Below, piece after piece: positions 8,713 to 16,395 of a stretch of DNA of 29,753 nt. The translations under genes were made by a program, and so were the position numbers. The notes under the pieces are model-generated. The model made no database searches. It saw nothing but the letters and a program-made list of their open reading frames with translations, and had not been told where the DNA came from. Numbering within the stretch: the stretch's first letter is position 1; each line of letters begins with the position of its first letter. The stretch covers positions 1 through 29,753 of the IMG/VR virus record IMGVR_UViG_3300005512_000232; one strand, written 5' to 3'. This DNA is from a virus (Duplodnaviria; Caudoviricetes).

Positions 8713-8918
8713 GCGTCATAACTTTCCCAACCATCCTCAACATATTCTAGGATGAGGTCTTGAACCTCAGGTCCACACAACCCATCTAGGACTGAGAAGA
8801 TCTGAACCCTGTCACCTGATCGTGCTGTGTTGCTTGCGAATGACACAGCCTGAGACAGGGTGTCAGCCTCACCCTCGAACACTTCACCTGCGGTGGTATC
8901 AATGACTGCTCTATACAT
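8709..8918 (-). CDS. Hypothetical protein
   Basis: 69 aa coupled ORF. Confidence 0.65.
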   Translation of the reverse strand: MYRAVIDTTAGEVFEGEADTLSQAVSFASNTARSGDRVQIFSVLDGLCGPEVQDLILEYVEDGWESYDA

Positions 8919-9125
8919 CTACCACTTCCTCACCTTCCAGTATACCCAACACTGCATACAGTGTTCCTTGCCTAGGGTTAAGTCTATTGCCCACACTATA
9001 TGTGGTAGACCACGACGCTTCCAGTCCCAATTCCTAGCACTGAAAGTCTGGTTGCTTGCCCCGCCTATCAACACGTTGATCAGGACAGACAGGGCAACAC
9101 CAACACGGGTGATGTATCGGATCAC
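8919..9125 (-). CDS. Hypothetical membrane-associated phage protein
   Basis: SVLINVLIGG..QTFSAR..EHC. Confidence 0.7.
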   Translation of the reverse strand: MIRYITRVGVALSVLINVLIGGASNQTFSARNWDWKRRGLPHIVWAIDLTLGKEHCMQCWVYWKVRKW

Positions 9126-9316
9126 CCAAGCAACTCCATTGTTGCCTTGGCATAATCCTTACGCCACTTGTAGATCGAGGTGGTGGAGACTCGGCGTTTC
9201 TTTGCTGCCCCCTCGACACCATAGAGTAGGCTGTCGAGAACACAGTGGATACGGAAGTCATCACCGAACCCATAGTCCTTGGTGTATACGTTCTTAAGTT
9301 GGTCAAGCATCTTCAT
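9122..9316 (-). CDS. Small helix-turn-helix DNA-binding protein
   Basis: GVEGAAKKRRVSTTSIYKWRK fits an HTH pattern. Confidence 0.6.
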   Translation of the reverse strand: MKMLDQLKNVYTKDYGFGDDFRIHCVLDSLLYGVEGAAKKRRVSTTSIYKWRKDYAKATMELLG

Positions 9317-9488
9317 TTACTCCTGTGCATAGACCCTGTTCAATTAGGCTGCGGGCAGTGCGCCCATACCAACCCTGTAAACTCCAGACAGCACCACTGT
9401 CAATCAAATACTGAAAGGCATTGATGATCTCATGGTTTGTTGCAGTATCGTCACACTCGATTGTCATGACTGCGTCAAAGGTATTCAC
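9303..9488 (-). CDS. Hypothetical phage protein
   Basis: FQYLIDSGAVWSLQGWYGRTA..LIEQG. Confidence 0.75.
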   Translation of the reverse strand: MNTFDAVMTIECDDTATNHEIINAFQYLIDSGAVWSLQGWYGRTARSLIEQGLCTGVNEDA

Positions 9489-9703
9489 TGCTGTGCCTCC
9501 ACTAGTTTCTGTTCAGCGTAGGTGATAGCACCCACACCAATGACACCCTCGGGTGGATCACACACAGCCTCATGGTATACTCCAAGCAGGTGTCTGAAGT
9601 GTGATGCCTCAGGTTCAAGGCCAGTGACAGGCCCAGGCTGTTTCTCCAGCCAGTCAAGGTAACCCTTGATCAGTTCGTCTTGGTTTCTGTAGATGTCAGC
9701 CAT
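9485..9703 (-). CDS. Hypothetical protein
   Basis: 72 aa coupled ORF. Confidence 0.65.
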   Translation of the reverse strand: MADIYRNQDELIKGYLDWLEKQPGPVTGLEPEASHFRHLLGVYHEAVCDPPEGVIGVGAITYAEQKLVEAQQ

Positions 9704-9884
9704 TGCATAACTCCTCGTAGGATTTCACCCAGTCATAGGGTGTCTCAGCACCAGTGACTGACACTTCATAGGCATTAACATGGTCACTCACCTCTCGGTA
9801 GAGGGTGACACACTTGATCACCACATCATACTCATCCCTACACACAGCGTTTAACTTGCCATCGACGTAGATATTGTAGGCCAT
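9696..9884 (-). CDS. Hypothetical protein
   Basis: 62 aa ORF with TAATG coupling. Confidence 0.65.
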   Translation of the reverse strand: MAYNIYVDGKLNAVCRDEYDVVIKCVTLYREVSDHVNAYEVSVTGAETPYDWVKSYEELCNG

Positions 9885-10207
9885 TACCCCACCTCCACTG
9901 TTGCATGTGCTGCGATGTATTCCTCAGGTGTAGGCATAGGCACACCCTTTGCGTGATGCTCAAGCCACTCAGGTTCAGCAGCCACTAGGCGGGCAGAGTT
10001 CACGATCTCTGAGCGGTAGGTGTCACCACCCTCCATTGATCCGTGAGTGAAGGGGCTGGATGCCCAGACAAACCAGCGGGCATAGATGTCACCCACCTCG
10101 TTGGCTGGTTTCTTGTATGTCTTGCAGACATGGAAGATGAAGTCACCAGCACGATAGATTGCGTAGGGCTGGTGCTGTGGGCGGGACTTGGCGAAGGGGT
10201 TGCTCAT
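9884..10207 (-). CDS. Hypothetical early protein
   Basis: 107 aa ORF with AAGGA SD. Confidence 0.75.
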   Translation of the reverse strand: MSNPFAKSRPQHQPYAIYRAGDFIFHVCKTYKKPANEVGDIYARWFVWASSPFTHGSMEGGDTYRSEIVNSARLVAAEPEWLEHHAKGVPMPTPEEYIAAHATVEVG

Positions 10208-10212
10208 CTGTC

Positions 10213-10416
10213 TTATCCTTTGTTCAGATGGTTCTTGATGCGACTCTTAAAGTCTAAATAGGGTTGTGCTTTTTCAGGGTTACCCATTTTTACCCATTGA
10301 TTGATATGCCATGTAAGAGATTGAACAGCACACTGTAAAGTATGTGTGTCATACTCATCTAGGTCGTGCTTATCACTGTCTACATAGCGGCTATTTACAT
10401 GGACGCACACAGTCAT
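10213..10416 (-). CDS. Hypothetical protein
   Basis: Start MTVCVH after AAAGGGA. Confidence 0.5.
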   Translation of the reverse strand: MTVCVHVNSRYVDSDKHDLDEYDTHTLQCAVQSLTWHINQWVKMGNPEKAQPYLDFKSRIKNHLNKG

Positions 10417-10417
10417 G

Positions 10418-10579
10418 TCAATCCCTTTCATCGGCTTTCTCCTCATACACCTGAATGGTGTTGCGAATAGGTGGGTAGAGTTTAGTGAGGGGCGCAGCAT
10501 ACGCCTCCTCCCGTGTCTTGAAGGGACCAGCAACACAACGCTCGCCTGTCCCTGACTCAGTCCAGAATACTTTGAACAT
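10418..10579 (-). CDS. Hypothetical protein
   Basis: Start MFKVFW after AGGGTGA; GPFKTREEA. Confidence 0.6.
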   Translation of the reverse strand: MFKVFWTESGTGERCVAGPFKTREEAYAAPLTKLYPPIRNTIQVYEEKADERD

Positions 10580-10583
10580 CACA

Positions 10584-10802
10584 TCACCCTGCGAAGTGGT
10601 ATAGTTTACGGGGGCTGTTGCTACGCTCAAGGTAGACCGACACTTTACCCATGTGGTAGGCAGTGGTTCCCTTGAGACGCTCACGCTTCCAGCCACGCTT
10701 GATCCAGACACGCTTGCGGATCAGCCCCTTCTGCCCAAGGAAGTTAAAGCGGAACCCCTTCGTGCCATCATTGAGGGGCTTGGTTGCAAAGATAACGAAC
10801 AT
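10584..10802 (-). CDS. Small basic hypothetical protein
   Basis: 72 aa ORF with TGATG coupling. Confidence 0.7.
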   Translation of the reverse strand: MFVIFATKPLNDGTKGFRFNFLGQKGLIRKRVWIKRGWKRERLKGTTAYHMGKVSVYLERSNSPRKLYHFAG

Positions 10803-11341
10803 CAGATATCCTCCGTAATCCAGTAGATGTTAAGGTCAGGTCGGTAGGTCCAAGCATCCTGCATTAGTGCCACCGACTTGTCAACAGACTTGAGTAGGCC
10901 AAGGCTGACATGCTCACCATCACGCACACCCCGAGACAGGTAGTACAGGCTGGCATAGGTGTTACCCCTGTGTCCATCCTCTAGGAGCAACACAGACTCC
11001 TGATTGAGCACATACTCGGACCCCTCGATAAAGGCAGCGAAGTCATGCTCAGTCATGATAAAGCTAGTCTCAAGCGCACCCTTGTATGCACCGACACAGA
11101 TCTTCATGTCACCCTGCATACGCTGCATCACACGATGCACATCGACAGTGTGTGTGAACTTGGCGTCATGCTCAGTCATGATAAAGCTAGTCTCAAGCGC
11201 ACCCTTGTATGCACCGACACAGATCTTCATGTCACCCTGCATACGCTGCATCACACGATGCACATCGACAGTGTGTGTGAACTTGGCGAGGGTATGCACC
11301 TCATGCACATCGTCGATGGAAAAGATCACATAGTTCATCAC
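10802..11341 (-). CDS. Hypothetical protein with an internal 41-aa duplication
   Basis: GGAGG SD; AKFTHTVD..IMTEHD present twice. Confidence 0.75.
   Translation of the reverse strand: MMNYVIFSIDDVHEVHTLAKFTHTVDVHRVMQRMQGDMKICVGAYKGALETSFIMTEHDAKFTHTVDVHRVMQRMQGDMKICVGAYKGALETSFIMTEHDFAAFIEGSEYVLNQESVLLLEDGHRGNTYASLYYLSRGVRDGEHVSLGLLKSVDKSVALMQDAWTYRPDLNIYWITEDI
11042..11288. repeat. Exact 123-bp tandem duplication (2 copies, in frame)
   Basis: 11042-11164 is identical to 11165-11287. Confidence 0.95.
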
Positions 11342-11577
11342 ACTACCTCCTCTATGGATAGGCCAGACTCAGACACCAGTTCCTCGATTGTCGGGCGGTG
11401 ATAGTATTTCGCAATATCTTTCAGCACTTCATCGCAGGCTGCACTTGCGACATACATGGAAAAGCCCATGTCACGCAGTAGGTCATAGGTCTGAGTGTCT
11501 GCATGGCGCAGTGCTAGTTCAATCGTAGGCTTGTCCATTGCAGCGTTCCAGATTCGTGTCATGTGATTGTATGTCAT
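11338..11577 (-). CDS. Hypothetical protein
   Basis: 79 aa coupled ORF. Confidence 0.65.
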   Translation of the reverse strand: MTYNHMTRIWNAAMDKPTIELALRHADTQTYDLLRDMGFSMYVASAACDEVLKDIAKYYHRPTIEELVSESGLSIEEVV

Positions 11578-11588
11578 CTCAAGTATCC

Positions 11589-11681
11589 CTATCCCAAGGC
11601 CATCATCATGACCAACATTCCGTAGCAGGCAAGCGCAAGTAACACCGCCTGAATTGTCAGTAGCACATAGTTTTTCAGCAT
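11589..11681 (-). CDS. Small single-TM protein, not in the ORF track
   Basis: MLKNYVLLTIQAVLLALACYGMLVMMMALG after AAGGGGA. Confidence 0.55.
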   Translation of the reverse strand: MLKNYVLLTIQAVLLALACYGMLVMMMALG

Positions 11682-11691
11682 GTCAATCCCC

Positions 11692-12282
11692 TTAGATGCT
11701 ATGCACACGCTTCCAGACAGTCCACGTGATTGCCTGCATTTCATGGGGCTTTACACCAGCACGCTTTGCAGCACGGACATATGCCGCCTGCAATTCACGA
11801 TACATTTTCACCCCGATGTTCGTGGCATCATCGGTGAGACCTACACGATACCCTCGTGCAATATTTAGGGCGTGTCCATCAACTGTCACTTCATCCAGCC
11901 CCATGATGTTGCTGTAAAACGACCGGATCTTCTGCCCATTGAGTCGGGCAAGGATATCATTATCATCCGACAGGTGATCTTCAAGGATAGACCACGCCTT
12001 GATCTTCATCTTGAAGTAGGTGGACACCTTGAAGTCACCCACGTATAGACCCTTGACGTAGGCCGAGCACATGTTGAAGGCATCAACCTTGTTACGCTCC
12101 CAGCGATTGTTGGGTGACAGCGCAGCCATCACACCGACAACAGTAGAGACAGGCAGACCAAGACGCTGCGAAATAAACTGCGCCTCACGTTTCGCACGGG
12201 CATACCACTCGATACCATCCCGCACATCATCGGACGTAGCCATACGATAGACCTTAAGAATATTACGAACGTGTTGTGTCAT
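11692..12282 (-). CDS. HhH DNA-glycosylase-like phage protein, first gene of the early arm
   Basis: GIEWY..VMAALSPNNRWERN; NGQKIRSF..VTVDGH resembles HhH G-x-K..VDxH; C-terminal Y..LQ..A..G..QAITW resembles Ogg-type glycosylases; GGAGG SD. Confidence 0.6.
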   Translation of the reverse strand: MTQHVRNILKVYRMATSDDVRDGIEWYARAKREAQFISQRLGLPVSTVVGVMAALSPNNRWERNKVDAFNMCSAYVKGLYVGDFKVSTYFKMKIKAWSILEDHLSDDNDILARLNGQKIRSFYSNIMGLDEVTVDGHALNIARGYRVGLTDDATNIGVKMYRELQAAYVRAAKRAGVKPHEMQAITWTVWKRVHSI

Positions 12283-12299
12283 GTTACACCCTCCATGTT

Positions 12300-12725
12300 T
12301 TCAGAGCAACACAAGCATACCCCATGACCTATGTCAAGAGCGTGGTTGGCCCGCCTTAGCTACGCCTGTGCTGTATCAAAAAACATTCTGACCAGACTGA
12401 GGGCAATCGTCATCACGGTATCCATGCACGCTAGATCGGGCTTTCACGATCCTACTACTGAGAGTCCCTTAGTCTCTCCATTTGGTCGCCATGCTAGTCA
12501 CCTAGCTAGGGGCTGCGATTCGTCTTGCATTTACCTTGGCACCACTTGCCGCACTTGTCAACCACCTAAATTCGTGCAGGGCTTTTCATCCGTGCTATCG
12601 CTTAGGACGCTGGAACCTAGGGGATCAAGGGCGCTTGGCCTACTCCGTCGGAACCTTGTCGCTTTCGATGATTTGAATCTGACGGAATCCGAAACGAATT
12701 GCAAGACCTTTTTTCAAAAAAGTGA
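12300..12725 (-). promoter_or_regulatory. Tandem early host-RNAP promoters with a structured leader
   Basis: TTGCAA-N17-CAGATT (12704-12676) with an A/T-tract UP element; TTGACA-N17-CAAGGT (from 12561); a third TTGACA at 12337-12332; several hairpins. Confidence 0.55.
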
Positions 12726-12884
12726 TAACGTGTTGGAATCAAACAAATCTTTGTCGGTATCGTGACGGAATCCATCGGTGTTCCTGATTCGTTCACGGGT
12801 TTTCCTTGTGGGGGGTATAGATCCTGCGCATACGCATGTGCGAGCTAGGTATCCCCAAAAATGTGCTTGCTCCTTGCGACCGAG

Positions 12885-12899
12885 TGTTATGTTATAACA
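12885..12899. promoter_or_regulatory. Zur-box-like palindrome
   Basis: TGTTAT-GTT-ATAACA. Confidence 0.5.
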
Positions 12900-13333
12900 T
12901 CACAGGAAAATCCGTGTTTTCCCTAAGCCAACAATGTCGAATTGTTTGCAAATCCCTGTGTTTTCAGCATGTTAACGCATGAAATACCCAAGGATTACCC
13001 CGATCCTAGGCGAGAGAGACTAGGGGGAGGCATGGGCCAGCCGGGGGGTCTACGTTATATATACATGCACTCTGCCAGCGGAGGGTTATTTCAGTATCTG
13101 TTAACCACATTCCCCGAATACCCCATGTATAAACCCCCGTTTAACCCCAGGATCTTATGTTAATACCGTTTACATCACAGCCATGTAATACTTGTAACAA
13201 TTCGTGATCAATAAATCGGTTTTAGGCGGCGGGTTCCTGCTGAGGTAACCCCCAGAATAACTACAGAACTGCAGATGTTCTCTGGAAACCATACTTATCT
13301 AATAACTTTTTCCTACAGAAGTACATTTTATGC

Positions 13334-13545
13334 TTGACAGATGTCCAAAACCTAGTATAACATACTTAAGTATTACTTAAGGGTACTAGAGTATAGACTA
13401 AGACTAGACTTAGTCCTCTCCTCTCTCTCCTATATATAATTATATTACTTAAGTAAGAACCTAAGTATTACATAGGGGGGACTTTCTCTGTCGTTCCCTC
13501 CCTTTTAGGGAGGAGGGGTTGGACCTAAGTATTACTTAAGTACGC
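13334..13545 (+). repeat. Promoter followed by an AT-rich TACTTAAGTA repeat cluster
   Basis: TTGACA-N16-TATAAC, then TATTACTTAAG at 13371, 13443 and 13530, a CT tract and hairpin CCTCCCT-TTT-AGGGAGG. Confidence 0.65.
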
Positions 13546-13582
13546 ATGTGCAGATTTTTTCTTCTCTCCCAACAAAAAGGAG

Positions 13583-13612
13583 TTGACTTCAGCCAGTATG
13601 CGAGTATAACTA
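13583..13612 (+). promoter_or_regulatory. Promoter of the right arm
   Basis: TTGACT-N16-TATAACTA. Confidence 0.65.
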
Positions 13613-13621
13613 GGTGTCACT

Positions 13622-13849
13622 ATGAAATACTACACGTCTGAGAACGTCCTCGAAGAGTTCTACAAGGCACTAGCAGACCAGGATGAGGGTAGACTACGCC
13701 GAGTCCACATCCCCCACAGTTCCGTCTTCTACGTTAGGGAGGCGATCTACCAGAATACTGGAGTTAGGTACACCCTCAATCACGTCGAGAGGGCTATGTA
13801 CGAAGAAGGTTACCTACGAAAAGAGGATATTTTTGACGATGTCAAATGA
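13622..13849 (+). CDS. Hypothetical protein, possibly DNA-binding
   Basis: 75 aa first ORF after the promoter. Confidence 0.7.
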   Translation: MKYYTSENVLEEFYKALADQDEGRLRRVHIPHSSVFYVREAIYQNTGVRYTLNHVERAMYEEGYLRKEDIFDDVK

Positions 13850-14111
13850 TCAGTGGCACCTGAGCAAGTCAGTACCCCTTACATTTCTGCTTGCTATTCT
13901 GTTGCAGACAGTTACGCTTGTCTGGTTCATTGCAAACCTGAGTAGTAACGTTGAGAGCAATGCTAGAGAAATTGTGCGGCATGAGACTCGCATTCAGTCA
14001 CTGGAGACTGTAGTCCAGACCCAGGCTGTTGCAGTGGCTCGTATGGATGAAAACATCCAGGCTATCCGCAGTATGATTGAGAACCTTGTCAGAGATCAGA
14101 CAAGTAGATGA
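13839..14111 (+). CDS. Membrane protein with a coiled-coil tail
   Basis: Start MSNDQWHLSK after GAGGA; N-terminal TM then heptads. Confidence 0.75.
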   Translation: MSNDQWHLSKSVPLTFLLAILLQTVTLVWFIANLSSNVESNAREIVRHETRIQSLETVVQTQAVAVARMDENIQAIRSMIENLVRDQTSR

Positions 14112-14281
14112 CGCTGTGTGTTCTTGTCTTCGTAAGCTATGGACACCTTTTTATAAATAATCAGGGAAGTTGGTTTTACAAATCTTGTTACTATGATTGT
14201 GGCACACGGGCACACAGGTGGTACGATAAAATATACCGTGTAGATTCTCAACACCTTTGCCCGAAGAGCTACTATGATTGA
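14108..14281 (+). CDS. Small Cys-containing protein, not in the ORF track
   Basis: 57 aa MTLCVLVFV..CYYDCG..CPKSYYD; overlaps both neighbours. Confidence 0.55.
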   Translation: MTLCVLVFVSYGHLFINNQGSWFYKSCYYDCGTRAHRWYDKIYRVDSQHLCPKSYYD

Positions 14282-14741
14282 TCCGCTTACAGCCCTGTCC
14301 GTAGCAAGTACTGCGGTGTCCCAGATACAGCAACTGTTGTCTGCTGGTAGGGATGCTTCGGCTGCTATGAGTAAGTTTGCTGGTGCTGTGAGTGACATCA
14401 ACTACGCTGCTGAGAAGGCCAAGAATCCCAGTGTCTGGAAGTCTCTGACTGGAAGTGCTGAGGCAGAAGCCATAGAGATCTTCACTGCACAGAAAAAAGT
14501 GCAGGAGATGAGACAGCAGGTTGAGACGATGATTGGGTATGTCTATGGTGAGAAGGGTCTAACTGAATACAAAGAGATCCTACGTAATGTCAAGAAGCAG
14601 AGACAGGACAGTGTCTACAGAAGACAGGAAATCAAAGAAACTCTTCTGCTGTGGATCGTGGGGATTCTTGCTTTTGGGTCTGGTGGTGCTGGACTGGCAG
14701 TCCTAATTTACTACCTGGGACAGCATCAGGGGAAGTGGTAG
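14274..14741 (+). CDS. Membrane protein with a C-terminal TM
   Basis: MIDPLTAL start, helical body, hydrophobic C-terminus. Confidence 0.75.
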   Translation: MIDPLTALSVASTAVSQIQQLLSAGRDASAAMSKFAGAVSDINYAAEKAKNPSVWKSLTGSAEAEAIEIFTAQKKVQEMRQQVETMIGYVYGEKGLTEYKEILRNVKKQRQDSVYRRQEIKETLLLWIVGILAFGSGGAGLAVLIYYLGQHQGKW

Positions 14742-14742
14742 A

Positions 14743-15072
14743 ATGAAAATAACTCCCCAGTGGGTAGACCAGTGGCGCATCTGGCCCCGCATGATTATCA
14801 CTCTGTATGGTATTGCGTTCTACGAGACAACGACATGGTTCATGTCACTCCCTGATCCCACCAACGCCCAGGCAGGCTTTGTGTCTGTGGTTGTCGGTGC
14901 AGGTGCAGGCTTCTTTGGGATCTACGTGAATGGCAAGACTACTCCCTCCACTCCTACTAGCAGCGATGATAGCTGGATGCAGTCCGATAGGTCTTCCACT
15001 GGGCGGGGGGACCAACGTAGCAGCGAACACACAGATTGGGAGAGAGAACACCCAGACCGTAGGGCAGGATAA
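14743..15072 (+). CDS. Holin-like two-TM protein
   Basis: WRIWPRMIITLY..WFMSLPDPTNAQAGFVSVVVGAGAGFFGIYV; adjacent to the spanin. Confidence 0.6.
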   Translation: MKITPQWVDQWRIWPRMIITLYGIAFYETTTWFMSLPDPTNAQAGFVSVVVGAGAGFFGIYVNGKTTPSTPTSSDDSWMQSDRSSTGRGDQRSSEHTDWEREHPDRRAG

Positions 15073-15277
15073 GAGGTTCCAGCCTGAGGTACGCACTGAG
15101 GCTTCTATCGAGACAGTTGAGCAGTCCTCCAACGAAATACGAACTGGGTCTGTAGAGAATCTTCAAGTAACCAACATCCCACCCTGGGTGATACTTCTTC
15201 TGATTATTGGGTGGCTGCTTCCTAGCCCTGGTGAGATGGGCAGAAGCATAGCAAGTCTATTCAGGAGAAGAACATGA
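14930..15277 (+). CDS. Unimolecular spanin (T1 gp11-like architecture)
   Basis: Lipoprotein signal LLLAAMIAGC plus C-terminal TM IPPWVILLLIIGWLLPSP. Confidence 0.8.
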   Translation: MARLLPPLLLAAMIAGCSPIGLPLGGGTNVAANTQIGRENTQTVGQDKRFQPEVRTEASIETVEQSSNEIRTGSVENLQVTNIPPWVILLLIIGWLLPSPGEMGRSIASLFRRRT

Positions 15278-15468
15278 TCCTTGGAATTTTACTGCTGTGT
15301 GCAAGCCCTGTTGATGCAGTTAGCTGCGTACCAATCCCCAACCCCCAGAAGCTGTATGCGACTATGGAGGAGTGTGAGTTGGAGGCCAATGCTGTAGCAG
15401 AGGCTGCATCCGCCCAATACTTCGTTAAAGCATTCTGCTTTGAAACCGACTTCTTTGAGTTACTCTGA
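15274..15468 (+). CDS. Small putatively exported Cys protein
   Basis: Hydrophobic N-terminus, 4 Cys. Confidence 0.65.
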   Translation: MILGILLLCASPVDAVSCVPIPNPQKLYATMEECELEANAVAEAASAQYFVKAFCFETDFFELL

Positions 15469-15752
15469 TGGCAAAAGATCCTAGACTAGAACGAGCAGGT
15501 GTTGCAGGCTTCAACAAGCCTAAGCGTACACCCGGTCACCCCAAGAAGTCCCATGTCGTTGTCGCCAAAGAGGGTGACAAGGTCAAGACGATTCGCTTTG
15601 GTGAGCAGGGCGCTAAGACTGCTGGCAAGCCTAAGGCTGGCGAGGGTGATGCAATGAAGAAGAAGCGGGCAAGCTTTAAGGCCCGTCATTCTAAGAATAT
15701 CGCAAAGGGCAAGATGTCCGCAGCCTACTGGGCTGACAAGGTGAAATGGTGA
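15468..15752 (+). CDS. Lys-rich phage protein
   Basis: FNKPKRTP.HP.KSHVV..KTIRFG.QG..SFKARH..SAAYWADKVKW. Confidence 0.85.
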   Translation: MAKDPRLERAGVAGFNKPKRTPGHPKKSHVVVAKEGDKVKTIRFGEQGAKTAGKPKAGEGDAMKKKRASFKARHSKNIAKGKMSAAYWADKVKW

Positions 15753-15756
15753 GAAC

Positions 15757-16077
15757 ATGATGAAGATTGGCCTGATGATCGGGGAGATCCCCGAGGTAGA
15801 CCCGAAGAACAAGGAACGTGCAGTCAAGTACTGGATGTATGGTGAGTCTGTTGAGGAACTGGCCAAGGCTTGGAATACTGTCGTTGACAAGGAAGCCAAG
15901 GAGTATGCTGAGTTGAAGAAGTGTGCTAACTGCGACTACTTCAACAATGGCAAGAAAGTACTCAAGGCTCTCGATGCAGATGCCACGATGGGTGCCTGCA
16001 TGAAGTTCAAGTTCCTCTGCGCTGCTGAGGCTTCCTGTCAGGCTTGGGAGTGTGAGTCTGAGGGTTGGGATGACTGA
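15757..16077 (+). CDS. Cys-rich protein with HiPIP-like Cys spacing
   Basis: CANCDYF..GACMKF..C....SCQAW. Confidence 0.65.
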   Translation: MMKIGLMIGEIPEVDPKNKERAVKYWMYGESVEELAKAWNTVVDKEAKEYAELKKCANCDYFNNGKKVLKALDADATMGACMKFKFLCAAEASCQAWECESEGWDD

Positions 16078-16394
16078 TGCCTCTCAGTAAAGCAGGCAAG
16101 AAGATCAAGGCTAAACTAGAAAAACAGTATGGCGAAAAGAAGGGCGAGGGAATCTTCTACGCTATGGAAAACAAGGGGGAGATTCCTGGAATGAACAAGA
16201 TGAAGGGTTATGCCGCTGGTGGCATGATGAAGGAAGTGCCTGAGGACAACAAGGGTCTCAGCAAACTTCCTAAGGAAGTTCGTAATAATATGGGCTACAT
16301 GGCCAAGGGTGGCATGGTTAAGGGTTACAACGTCGGTGGTATGGTTAAGTCCACTGGCAAGATGAACACTGGCATTAAGAAGTGTGGTGAATAA
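16077..16394 (+). CDS. Basic protein with xxGG repeats
   Basis: YAAGGM, MAKGGM, YNVGGM. Confidence 0.8.
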   Translation: MPLSKAGKKIKAKLEKQYGEKKGEGIFYAMENKGEIPGMNKMKGYAAGGMMKEVPEDNKGLSKLPKEVRNNMGYMAKGGMVKGYNVGGMVKSTGKMNTGIKKCGE

Positions 16395-16395
16395 C

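Noticed and set aside
11042-11288. Possible CRISPR array or DGR template/variable repeat
   Set aside because: Two adjacent identical copies, no spacers, no adenine-specific mismatches, no reverse transcriptase
12331-13163. Plus-strand ORFs 12331-12765 and 12942-13163
   Set aside because: They lie over promoter/hairpin sequence, lack an SD and have atypical composition
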